This document shows positions 14,575 to 25,734 of a stretch of DNA of 64,000 nt, in pieces. Numbering within the stretch: position 1 is the stretch's first letter; each line of letters begins with the position of its first letter. The notes beneath the pieces are model-generated. The model had not been told where the DNA came from. It did no database searches and worked only from the letters and a program-made list of their open reading frames with translations. Both the position numbers and the translations under genes were made by a program. This stretch comes from Yuukianura sp. NJ FZ-2021 (taxonomy: Eukaryota). The stretch lies in the NCBI GenBank assembly GCA_046563655.1, contig CM102288.1, positions 806,001 to 870,000 of the forward strand, read 5' to 3'.

Positions 14575-14649
14575 GGTCTTGGTAGCTCAGTGGACAGAGC
14601 AAGCTCCCCGGAATGGAGATAGGCGTGGGTTCGATTCCCACCCAGACCA
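14575..14649 (+). other. tRNA-like sequence (pseudo-tRNA or tRNA-derived element) with Pol III A and B boxes
   Basis: A box TAGCTCAGTGG, B box GGTTCGATTCC, D stem GCTC/GAGC, T stem GTGGG/CCCAC, acceptor GGTCT(T)GG/CCAGACC+A, T5 run at 14654-14658. The anticodon arm is non-canonical (loop CCGGAAT, no U33) and the acceptor has a bulge. Confidence 0.75.
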
Positions 14650-16223
14650 TATATTTTTGGCATAGCATGGGCTATACTGTCTCAACCACATTGCACAGGA
14701 AGCGTGCTGGGGCATCGCCACAAACTCTTGTACAATTTAAAATTTCACTGTCATTAAAAAATGTTTCCTTAAAATATTAAAATAAATTCGAAATATCTGA
14801 ACACTAGAATATTTGAAACACAGGATATAATAAAAGTTACGTGCGATTCTTAAGTATTTTGAATTAAAAAAAATCTATTTTGCCCAAAGTCTCTAATACA
14901 TGGCTACAACAGCGCGTTTATGAAAATATTTACAAAATATTCACTCAAGCCCAGAGTAAATTTCGTCCAGAAATTGTGCGAATTCATATTTGGAATTGCA
15001 GAACGTAGTTTCGAAGCACAGTTGGCGGATGGGCATAAACCGGATTTTTATTCTGTCAAAGAGGGGAACTCTCTATAAAACTGTTGAGGGGGAAACGAAT
15101 GGCTGCTGAAAAGAAAAACTTGAGTCCTATTTCTACCCGCTGCTGTTGAAGTTGATGACGCCTGTAGACTCTAGCTCTGCTACAAACGATACGATATGTA
15201 CTGGCAGGCATCCGTTCTTGTAAGCTCGAAAGGAGCGCAGGATTGACAGGGCGAAGCCTCTTTCTGCACGGTCTGAGAGCAAAATACCGTAAACTCCCAC
15301 ATTCCTACCACTAAAAAGTCCTTCAAAACCTACAGCACCCAGTTCCTCACTCAACTAAAGTTGGAGATGAAATGATAACTAAGTTTAAAAAAAAATGAAA
15401 ACATGCCATACATAGACACAACCAGAATTTTCACTTTAAAATCGCCGTAATCCGTAAATTAAATCTCTAAAGTCAACGCATTAAATCTCTAAAGTCAACG
15501 CTTTAGCCGTTGATTTGCGTTTTTCACGAAGACCATTATGAGAACCTTTACGGTATTTGAGGAAGAAGCTCTTGGTCGTCATTCGTGGACTCTCCTCCGT
15601 AACTCCACTCCCAAAATCCCATTGTGCTTCTACTAAATTAGCACGACCTTTCCTTTCCCAAAAAGGTCATCTCTCTTCTCAGCTACAAGATCCACCATCT
15701 ACCTATTGCTACAGTCGTCATGCAATGAAAACACAAACCCTCTTCCTTCCTACCCTCCCTACTCTCTCGTAGAGCGTCACTTAAAGAAATACTTTAGTAA
15801 AGTGGCGCAGCAACAAACATAGAAACAGATACAAAAAATTGAGTTCAGCCGAAGCTTCCAAAAGTTCTAAAATGATGTCGGTTTATGTTCTCGCAGATGG
15901 AAATGGAATCACTTTTTATATTGAATCCGACTGATTTGATTTGAGACGATAAATTAAGATTCACGTTTTATGGATTCTGTCCAAAAATTGAAACTTGAAT
16001 GATTCAAGTTTCCAATCTTCCAAAAAATATCATCCTAGCACTAACTCACTATCAATATCAATGCTACGATATTCAATGACTTTAGAAACAGAAAGTTCCG
16101 TTAAACCTCCATTATCACTATCAGACTACCCATCGTTAGATTTAGATTTAACCTTTGATAACAAGACAATGCATGGCCGAAGTCAAAGAACTAAAATAAG
16201 ATGATTGGATATGAGAGCTCGCT

Positions 16224-16406
16224 CCGCGGAAAGCCTTCCTTATGGACAGGATTTAGAGCTTTTTCTTCAATGACCGTCGTAGTAGAGGGAGCAACTATTG
16301 CAGGGAAACTGCTCACATAGTTTAGTTACTCCCTCCACTTAACGAGGCTTCGGACTTAATCAACCGAGAAGTTCCAAGTACCGTCCATAAGGAAGACATT
16401 ACGCGG
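16224..16406 (-). other. Nested stem-loop in the probable GW182 5' leader
   Basis: Perfect 13-bp outer stem 16235-16247/16383-16395; inner stem 16285-16297/16323-16335; several plus-strand C-A mismatches become G-U pairs on the minus strand. Confidence 0.6.
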
Positions 16407-16435
16407 ACCGTCGTCATTCATTATCCAACCGTAAC

Positions 16436-16515
16436 CTGAAACTGAAAGCAAACAGCAATCTAATCTAACCTTAACTTAGCATTAGGTAGAATTTGTAAAG
16501 AACATGAAAACTTAC
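16436..16515 (-). other. Probable 80-nt intron in the non-coding 5' leader of GW182
   Basis: GTAAGT donor at 16515, CTAAT branch-like motif, TTTCAG acceptor at 16436; lies just downstream of the divergent promoter region shared with CWF19L1. Confidence 0.55.
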
Positions 16516-17880
16516 GTTTTTACATAATCAGTCGACGGAAGGATGTAGGAAGTACGTAATTGAGTGAACTCGAATGAAGGCCCTTAAAGTTGAAGATAAG
16601 TTGTCCGTAATGCTGCGTGATTATTGATTGATGAAGTTGATTCGGCTGACGATGAGTACTGGTTCGTGGTCTCCAACAGCTGATTTAACTTAATGACTGG
16701 ATGATGGAGTATAATGAAAGAACTTGATTTTAATACTTACGTAGTAAGGTAGGTACGACACGACGACGGCTAATTATTGATTTGTAAAATAAGTCTCACG
16801 TTGTTGGCTTAAACTCTAGTAGTAGTCAACAGATCACAGTTCAGAAATGGTTTTAGGTATAATTAATAATGCTTTCTTAATATCTTGAGATGGAATGAGA
16901 GTTTAATGGCAATTATGGCAGGGATCAGAATGATTTCTAGCTTGAGTCCAAACGGCAACTCACGTTCTTAACGTCTTTCGATCGTTTTTCGATACTCCAT
17001 GAAGACAACTGATGACTGACTCGATTACTGTTTGATCTTCACCAAATAACAATGCACTACTCTCACCCTCTTTTCGAGAAATCTCTTGCAATTTCATTTC
17101 ACATTCACTTTTGCTTGTCTTGTCTTATTTTTCTGCTAGTAGCACATTATATCCTTCGCTCTTTTTTTTAGCTTCAGTCCGCACCATACAGCACAATAAT
17201 GTCCCATGAGTTGCATTTTGTTTATTTCGAGAATTTACTTAAAAGGTATTTCTAAATTGTGAATTTCTACAATTAAAACCCAGAACAAAGTCAGTAAATG
17301 GCAAAATAAAGTATACAATCCCGCCTTATATTAGTGTAGTAAGAAAAACTTTTGTTATTTAAGTATAATAAAAGTATAATTAAATATATAACTCGTATTT
17401 TTTGAAAAGAGCAAACGTGTATGGGACATAAAAGAGCCACATGTCATACACCGCCCGAGGAAGACTGAATTATGGTTTTTAGTTTCAAAATTCGCGGGTT
17501 ATTTGAAGGCATGAAAATTCAAATAAAACCGTAAAAACCGAGGCGAGCGTTGGCGGGAATGCAAACATTTTTATCATTTCGCTCCAGCCACCAGCTGACT
17601 TTTATTGCATTGTTTTATTTCGTTGATTAATTGATTATTCTGTTCAATTAATTAGTAATTAGCTTGTTAATTTCAACTGAATTGTTTGATTCAGTTTATT
17701 ACCTAAGCTGTTTACAGTTACTCACGTACAGAAGGAACAAGGAACCCTTTAACTTACTACTAGCTGCTGTAAAACTGGGACAAGACACGGTAAGACGTAA
17801 GATAATCGAAACTCAATTTGAAACTATTGATTGAGTATATTTTGGAGTGATTTTAATGCTTGATTCATATTACAGAAGTC

Positions 17881-19617
17881 ATGAGCCAAAACATCAAGCT
17901 ACTTGTCGTGGGAGACGTCGGAGGAAAGTTTAAAGAATGCTGGACAAGGGTTGACACGGTGAATAAGAAGAATGGTCCATTCCAAATGCTGCTGTGTGTT
18001 GGCAATTTCTTTCCGGATGAGTATGATCCGGAACTAAAAGTACCACCAGCTCCTATCCCTACGTTTATTCTTGGGCCCAATAAATTGTCACAACTGGAGT
18101 ACTTTACAAATTCAACTGGAACTGAGATAGCGGAAAACGTTACTTACTTGGGTAACTTCTTGTCAAGAGTAACAGATTTTCATTTTAAAGTCGCAGGTTT
18201 TGATAATCTTTATTTTCATTTTCAGGTAAAAGCGGTGTTTATACTGAAGCGACGGGACTCAAAATTGCATATTTGAGTGGTACCGAAGCCCAAGAGTCCC
18301 AGAAATCAGAGACGGAATTTGATACAACCGACATTAAGAAATTGAAGATTCGGATTCAAAATGATAACGACTTCGCCGGCATTGACATTCTCCTAACTTC
18401 TCAATGGCCTTCTGAAGTCACTTCCGGTACCACAGCAGTTCCGGAAATTATCAAGTCCCTTTCTTCCTCTCCGCTGATCTCACAGTTAGCAGTGGTGTCC
18501 AAACCTCGCTATCACTTCTGCGCAACTCAAGGAGTTCATTTCGAGCGAGCACCTTATAGGAACCACCGTGTCCTGGCCGAATCTTCACAGCACACTACCC
18601 GGTTCATTTCTTTGGCCCAAGTAGGAAACCCAGACAAGAAGAAATGGCTTTATGCTTTCAGTATTGTTCCGATGAAACACATGGAACATTCAGAACTGGT
18701 CAAGTCTCCAGCTGATGTAACTGACTGTCCATATTCAACTAACATTCTACAACATCACCGTGGGCCGGCACAATCATCTGAGCAAGTCAAAAGTTCAAGT
18801 GGACAGCAATTCTTTTATGACATGGCAAGTAATCCGCAGATGAGTCAAGGTCAAAAACGAAAGCGTGACGACGGAAATCGTAAGGCACCGAAAAAACCGT
18901 TTCAACCGGCCGCTTGTTGGTTTTGTCTTGCCAGTCCAGAGGCTGAAAAGCATTTGGTAGTTAGCATTGGAGGTAAAAATACATTTTCAAAATTTTGATT
19001 TTCGAAAACTGAAAATATATATTTTAGCAACAACTTTTGTTTGTTTAGATTCTGTGTATTTGACCTTGGCTAAAGGCGGACTAGTGGACGACCACATTCT
19101 GATTCTTCCAATTGGACACTTCCAATCCACGCTCGAATGTCCAAAAGAAGTTGTCGATGAAATCCAAAAGTTCAAATCCGCTCTCACAACAATGTTCAAA
19201 GAACGTGGGAAAGCTGTGATCTTCTTTGAACGAAACTTCAAAAGTCCTCATCTTCAAATCCAAGTCCTCCCTGTGCCCTTAGAGCTCGTTCCATCTCTCA
19301 AGTCCACTTGCCTCGATTTTGCTGAATCCAGAGAAATTGAATTCCAGCAAATGCCTCCGTCTGCTCAACTTTTCCAAATGACCAAAGTTGGATTTCCGTA
19401 TTTCTTTCTTGAGTTACCAGATGACTCCAAATTGTTTGCACCAATTGGCAAGGGATTTGATTTGCAATTTGGACGGGAATTGGTTGCTAGTCAAGCCATT
19501 TTAAACATACCGGATAAAGTGGATTGGCGAAACTGCAAAGGAACGAAGGAAGAAGAGACGGAACTGACTGCCTCCTTCCGCAAAGCATTTGAACCATACG
19601 ATTTTACTTTACTTTAA
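17881..19617 (+). CDS. CWF19L1: CWF19-like protein 1 (metallophosphoesterase-like N-terminus, CwfJ C-terminus), 3 coding exons
   Basis: MSQNIKLLVVGDVGG...KKNGPFQMLLCVGNFF; IDILLTSQWP; KPRYHF; FERAPYRNH; CWFCLASPEAEKHLVVS; LAKGGLVDDHILILPIGH; FDLQFGRE; C-terminus FEPYDFTLL. Confidence 0.95.
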
Positions 19618-19822
19618 ACAAAAGTCATGAAACAATGACTGCAAAAGAAATCCAGAAATAAGTATTTGTTATGATATTTAACAAATTAGTTTTTTGTTTT
19701 AACTTAAGTTAATTACTCCAAATCAAAGTTTCATTTTTGGAAAAGATAAAAACAGCATTCTAAAGCAAAACGTTTTTAGTACGAAACTAAATCTTGTTTT
19801 CAAAGTTTTCGCATGATTTGCG

Positions 19823-22041
19823 TTATTTCCTCCATCTGGAAATGAATTTAAAAATTCCAAAGTTATACCCCAGGAAATACGGTAAGAGTGTACAACTTAC
19901 AGCTTTAGAACTTTGTCTTTCCCGCCGGAAACAACACGCTGACCATCCGGAGACCAATCGACGGCATAAACTTCATCTGCGTGACCCGGGAGGTCAACTT
20001 CCAGTTTTTTGGATTCTAATGACCACACTGCAGTAACAAGAAATAATGATTCGTCAAGATCATTTTAAAGCAGATTTAAAAAAAAAGCAACTGAAAAGAG
20101 CTTACGTTTTAGTGTGGAGTCTGCACTTCCACTTGCAATCAATCGAGAGTCGGCTGACCATGCGATTTGGTACACAGCTTGGACATGACCCCGAAAAGTT
20201 GCTATAAACCTAAGAGAATTTACAAAAATGAATTTTAGTTCTCCTTACTGATACACATCATTTAACAAACTTACTTTCCTGTTTTGCCGTCCCATAACTT
20301 AATTGATTTGTCAAATGACGCCGAGGCTACATATCGCGTGTCTGGAGAAAATTTGACATCGTTGATAAGTTGTTGATGTCCGGTCATTCTTACTAAAATT
20401 CAAATTATATTTGTCAATTGCAATTAATCCAACTTTAAAGTAAAGTACTAGCAAGTACTAACCCAGTGACTTTTTGTCTTTTTCTGGATACCAAAGCATC
20501 ATTGTAAAATCGTCAGATCCGGACACTAATCGCTCGTCTCCGCCATCTCGAACTGTTTCGTACCTTTGTAGAGCAATTGCTTGTAGAGTGGGACCTAAAT
20601 CGAATTTTTAGAATTCTAAAAACTAAGCAAGATTTTTTTTAAAGAAAAGTGTCCGAAACTTTTAAAGCTGCTCTTACCGTCCTTTTTAACTCCCGTCGTT
20701 TGTCTGAGTTCTGCTTCGGCTGGATCGAATGGTCCAGTTCGCATGACATAGTCAGTGCTAAGTGCCATTGTGTTTACCCAGTGACCATGACCTTCCAGAG
20801 TTCTGCACAGAATTCCCTGTGAAATCAAAAAAAAAGTCAGCTTCGGAGGTCAATTTTTGATAATAACGAACTCACATCCGCAGCTCGCCAAACTTTGATT
20901 GTTCTGTCTTGCGAACCAGAGTAGATAAGGCCAGTTCCACCCCAACGGAGACATGTGACACTCAAAGTGTGGCCTGTCAGGATTCTTAAAGTTTGTCCCA
21001 AAATGGAATCCCAGATTCGAATGTCACCGTCCTTGGAACTGCTGGCCAAATACCGATTCTCTGCATTTCTGAAACAAAAGCACAAGCGAGATCATGAAAG
21101 CAGGAGAACAATTATTTACGCTGTCAAATTAAAACTAACAAGTGCATAGGTTCCCATTGAATAGCTGTAATCCACTGTTTGTGTCCAGTCAACGTTCGTC
21201 CCATTTGCGCACCAGTAATTGGATCCCAGATACAAATAGATCCATTCTTATCCCCCGATGCCAACTTATTTCCAAGCGGAGACCAAGAAATCGCCAACAC
21301 CCAGTTTTTATGTCCTAAAAGAATACGAAAAATGTAAATTTTTATATAGAAAAAATGTCAAAAGGTTATTTGGACCTTTTGCAGTGAATTCTGGAGTTTC
21401 TGTGTTCAAATCCCAGAATCTAACAGTAGTGTCACCAGATCCACTTGCTAATGATGCTCCATCAGGACTGAAGGCAACTGAAATCACTGGTTCAGAATGT
21501 CCTGGTAATGAACTAGTACATCTAGTGACCGCTCTCACTCGAAACACCGCTTGTGGTTGAATGACAATCTACAAGGAACAAAACATGAAAGGTTACAAAC
21601 GAAAACATTCAACTAAAATCAACAATTGGTCTGGTTGTTACTTGGAAAGTCGATTCTCCATTGGCCCTGTCCTCTTCTGAAAGAACGTTTTGCAAATCGG
21701 TTCGAATTTCTTTCTCATTAACGAAGAAGGAGAGTGGAGTTTGTCCATCCTAGAGGAATAAAAATAACTTTAACAAATTCTCCCTGAAAGCCGAAACGCC
21801 GGTCGCAAAATAATAAATTGTAAGTAGACACTACTTATGCTAGTTTCAAAGTTATGAATGCAGACGTTAAAGTTTCGCTTACAAATTCACATATCGTGTT
21901 GCATAATCGTGTGATATCTGTGAGGGAGGTATTAATTGGCAAATCAATTGGTGCTCCACGCGTTTCTCCAGATTCTGTTACAAATTGACAAGAGACTCTT
22001 GCAGAATCAAAGTACATTCCATTGGAATTCTGAATATCCAT
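19823..22041 (-). CDS. NLE1: Notchless WD40 protein (ribosome assembly, Rsa4 homolog), multi-exon
   Basis: NLE domain followed by [79 protein letters not shown]; ends DKVLKLWRK-stop. Confidence 0.95.
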
Positions 22042-22802
22042 CGCATTCGCCCTCTGAAACAAAGAAACGTTACATTTCAAACTTTAAATTAATTATAAAT
22101 TAAGACATAAGAATATGATTACCTTATTCCGTATTTCAATCGTTTTTAAAATTGAAATTTAAGAACGCACTAATTTATTTATCTGATCTGTTTTTATTTG
22201 ACATTTATACAGTCTAGCACGGTTGCGTACAAATGCAACCAAGTCTCTGCTTTAAGCAAAAAAAACGTATATTTTGTAGCGGCCTAGTCGAAGAGTATGC
22301 GACCGTTACAGACTGTTAAGAAAATACCGCACGATTCTTAAATTTTGAATTTGAACTTTTGGCGGGCGCGCCTTTCAGTTTTGAAAGTTGTTTAGGAAGT
22401 TGAGGATCACGTGGTACTCATTGGAATTTTTCCTAATTCTGCATCTCCACATATGAATGACATATTTTCTGTCGATTTCCCGTTGTTTTCGTAATTGATT
22501 TTGGTTAATTTCGTTAATTAATTCATCTGTCAAGAGTCAAATCTAATTACTTAAGTTGTATTAAGCCCCAAGTTGTCTAATCGATATCGTAAATCGGTTG
22601 GTCATATTGTGTACCTACTAAAAGTGGGGAGCAAGAATTTTTGGGAGCAGAGACACGAAGATAAGGTATTCGAATTATCGAATTAGTAATTGTCGCTTTG
22701 CTTTGTGGATTAAAATTAAAATTAACAGAGTCATGTTTTTATGTTCTACTTACAGTGCGTTGAGATTTCCGAACGGTAAATAACACATAGAACACAGACG
22801 AG

Positions 22803-25107
22803 ATGACGGCTCATGACCAGATGAGGGCAGTAAGTAACGTTTAAAGATCGTTAATCGGAGAATTCATAAAGACCGTGTAAAGCTATTGAACTGTTGAAGA
22901 CATAAAATACTGTTATTCTACAGATGCTGGATCAGCTGATGGGAACAGCTAGAAATGGTTCGTGATTTCTATTCTAAACCACAATTTAGTATGCAGCTTT
23001 CATCATCTTCTACTCACATCAAATGTTTACATATTTTTTGATGCTTAGGTGTGGACGAGAAGCTGTCGATTAAATTTGATGATCCATCAGTATGTAAAGC
23101 CTTTCTTATGGCATGCTGTCCTCATGAAATTTTAGCCTCAACGGTGAGTTGATATCATAATTCATAAACCAATTTTAATTTCACATCCAAATTGATCGAT
23201 TTACAAAATATTGGAATTTCAACCGTTTGAATTTGACGTCCTTCCATGATCTTTGATTTTGTTTTTCTTTTGACAAGTTCTATTTTTCTAATGGTAATTC
23301 ATCCTCCCGAAGTTAAATTAACTTTTAACGTCCGAGAGTCCAACAAAGTTTAACGCTTTTGAATAAGCCTGAGAGAGCCAAACCTAAACCGATTAAAATC
23401 ATACCGAGGGAAACCTCGAGAACTTTTTAACTGACAAGGTTGCTGTTCTTCTAGGGAAAATGTAAAAGTTTGGAAGGGTGAATGAGGACTTGGGTTGTAA
23501 GTAATAAACCATTTTCCTAACCTTGACAATCAATTAATAATTAATTATGAATTACCTTAATTACTCAAAAGTCTTGTTCAAACTAAGGATATTATATTGA
23601 TGATGGTAGTTAGTGTTCAAAAGTGCCTTGTGCCTGCCGCGACCTTCATGCGACACTACGGCAATTCAGAGTCACCGATTCCGTGAGTTATTGACCTCTT
23701 CCTTTATTTTTTTTTAATTACTCGTCGTTCCTAGCAGTTTCTTATGATAATTGTCCAGCCCCAACGTGACCTCTGGTCCAGAAGAAACCTTCAGCGTCGC
23801 TGAATCGCTGAATCAGCGATGCATTTAGAAGATAACCTTAACTTGTTATACTCATCGGTTTTCAATGTAGCGTTCCCTGAACCTTGTATCATGTTGAAAG
23901 TCTAAACTTGGGTTTGATGTTAACTTTTGCAGCTTCCATAGCCCAGGGCAAGATACTCTTTTACTGTTACTTGAAACTAATTTGATTAATCGTTTGTTTT
24001 CAGAGAATGGATATGGGAGACTGTTCGAAGTTTCATAATTTGGCACTGAGAGCCGACTACGAAGCGGCAGCTAAAAACAAAGATTACTTTTACGACTTGG
24101 AGGTAAACACATCGACTTTCATTCAATTAAGTATTTTAGTAATTCCGATCAGCTGTTGATAATCAGTTTTGCATCTTCAGGCAATGGAGCAGCTGAAAGT
24201 GTTCGTGGCGGATGCTGACCGGAAGACCGAACAGGCTCGCAAACGACTTGCTGATACCCAAGAAGAAGTTTCGGGTGACGTTGCCGAGAAGGCTGAAAAA
24301 GTTCATGAATTGGCTGAAAAGATTGGACAAGCTCTGGCCAAAGCGGAACAACTTGGAGAAGAAGGCAAAGTGGAAGAGAGTATGCAAATCATGAGTGAAA
24401 TTGATGCACTTCGGAAAGAAAAGATAGCTGCCGAGGGAGAGTATCGTTCTTCAATTCCAGCAGCAGCTTACCAGCAACAGAAGCTGCGTGTTTGTGAAGT
24501 TTGTTGTGCTTACCTCGGAATCAACGACAATGATCGGAGACTTGCTGATCACTTTGGAGGAAAACTACATCTTGGATTTATCAAAATTCGTGACACTTTG
24601 AAAGAATTTGAGGTAACAGCTGATCCTCATTTCTTCATAGTTTGTGTTTCTCACTTGATTAATCTGATTTTTAGGCAAAGGCAGATGAAAGAAGACAAGA
24701 AAGACGAGAATACTATGCAAGACATCGTGAAATGGAAAGTGAGAGAGGAAGTAGAGATAGAAGGAGAGACAGAGGAGAACGTGACGATCGTGGAGGCAGA
24801 GACAGAAGTCGACGAGATCGTGACAGGAAAGATCGTGGTGAACGTAGCGAGAGAAGATCGAGATCTCGGGAAAGACGAAGAGATAATCGTGAAGACGGGA
24901 ATTCTCGGTCACAATCGGGACGTTCAAGGTCACGCTCACAGGAATACAACAGCAGATCATTTGATTCTCATTCCAGGTAAAACAGTTATCAAAATCATTG
25001 CATTCCTCGGAAATTCTAATCGATTTGTACAACTTTTCAATAGAAAATCCGATTCGAAATCTCCTTATAGTAACAGGAGTCGACGATATTCGGACGAAAG
25101 AGATTAA
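22803..25107 (+). CDS. LUC7L: LUC7-like U1 snRNP-associated splicing factor (LUC7L/LUC7L2 clade), 7 coding exons
   Basis: Spliced MTAHDQMRA|MLDQLMGTARNG; zinc finger 1 CKAFLMACCPHEILAST|RMDMGDCSKFH; zinc finger 2 QQQKLRVCEVCCAYLGINDNDRRLADHFGGKLHLG; RS/RD-rich tail. Confidence 0.95.
23455..23496 (+). other. Candidate 42-nt stop-containing (poison) cassette exon in LUC7-like intron 3
   Basis: CTGAC branch motif and TTCTTCTAG acceptor; GTT|GTAAGT donor; in-frame TGA at 23479-23481. Confidence 0.6.
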
Positions 25108-25734
25108 GAAAAAAACGTTTTTTCAAAAAGTGACTCCATGGAAGTTTCCACTATCTCAACACAAGAAATAAATCTTCGAATAACGTCCCGTCGTAATATA
25201 AACTGCACTCATTCAGTCTTCAGCTCCTAATTTCTTAATTCTATAACGTGAAATTACCTCGGCACTTTTAGTTAAATGCAAATCTAAAACAGTCTAAGTT
25301 AATTAGTAGTCGAATATAAAATCTTTAACTCTGTAAATATTCCACGAGTATTTCCTCATAAAATCTTTTATGCTTTAGTTCTAATTTATTTCCATAAAAA
25401 TAAACTAAGACAAAAAACACTCTCGTTCCAATTGTTCAACATTCTTGTTCTAAAAAGCGGAAGGGAAAGCGATTGGGCTTTACGTGTTGCGTTTCTTTTA
25501 CGCACTAAAATCGATTTTGTTTTGTCACCTGAACCAGGAAGCGCTAACTATTTTTTATACACAAGTAATAGGGTTAGGATGAAGCGATTAAGGCACTCAC
25601 CAATGTTTGTAATCCAATTAATCGATTAATCCATTGAAGCAATTCGGTAATCGGTAAATAACAGTTGCTGTTGAAATGACCATGTCTAGTAATTTACAGA
25701 AGATGACAGTTTTTAGTTAGCGATTTTTTCTATG

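Noticed and set aside
14575..14649. Functional tRNA-Ser(GGA)
   Set aside because: No U33, extra bases between the D and anticodon arms, bulged acceptor stem and no long variable arm; better treated as tRNA-derived.
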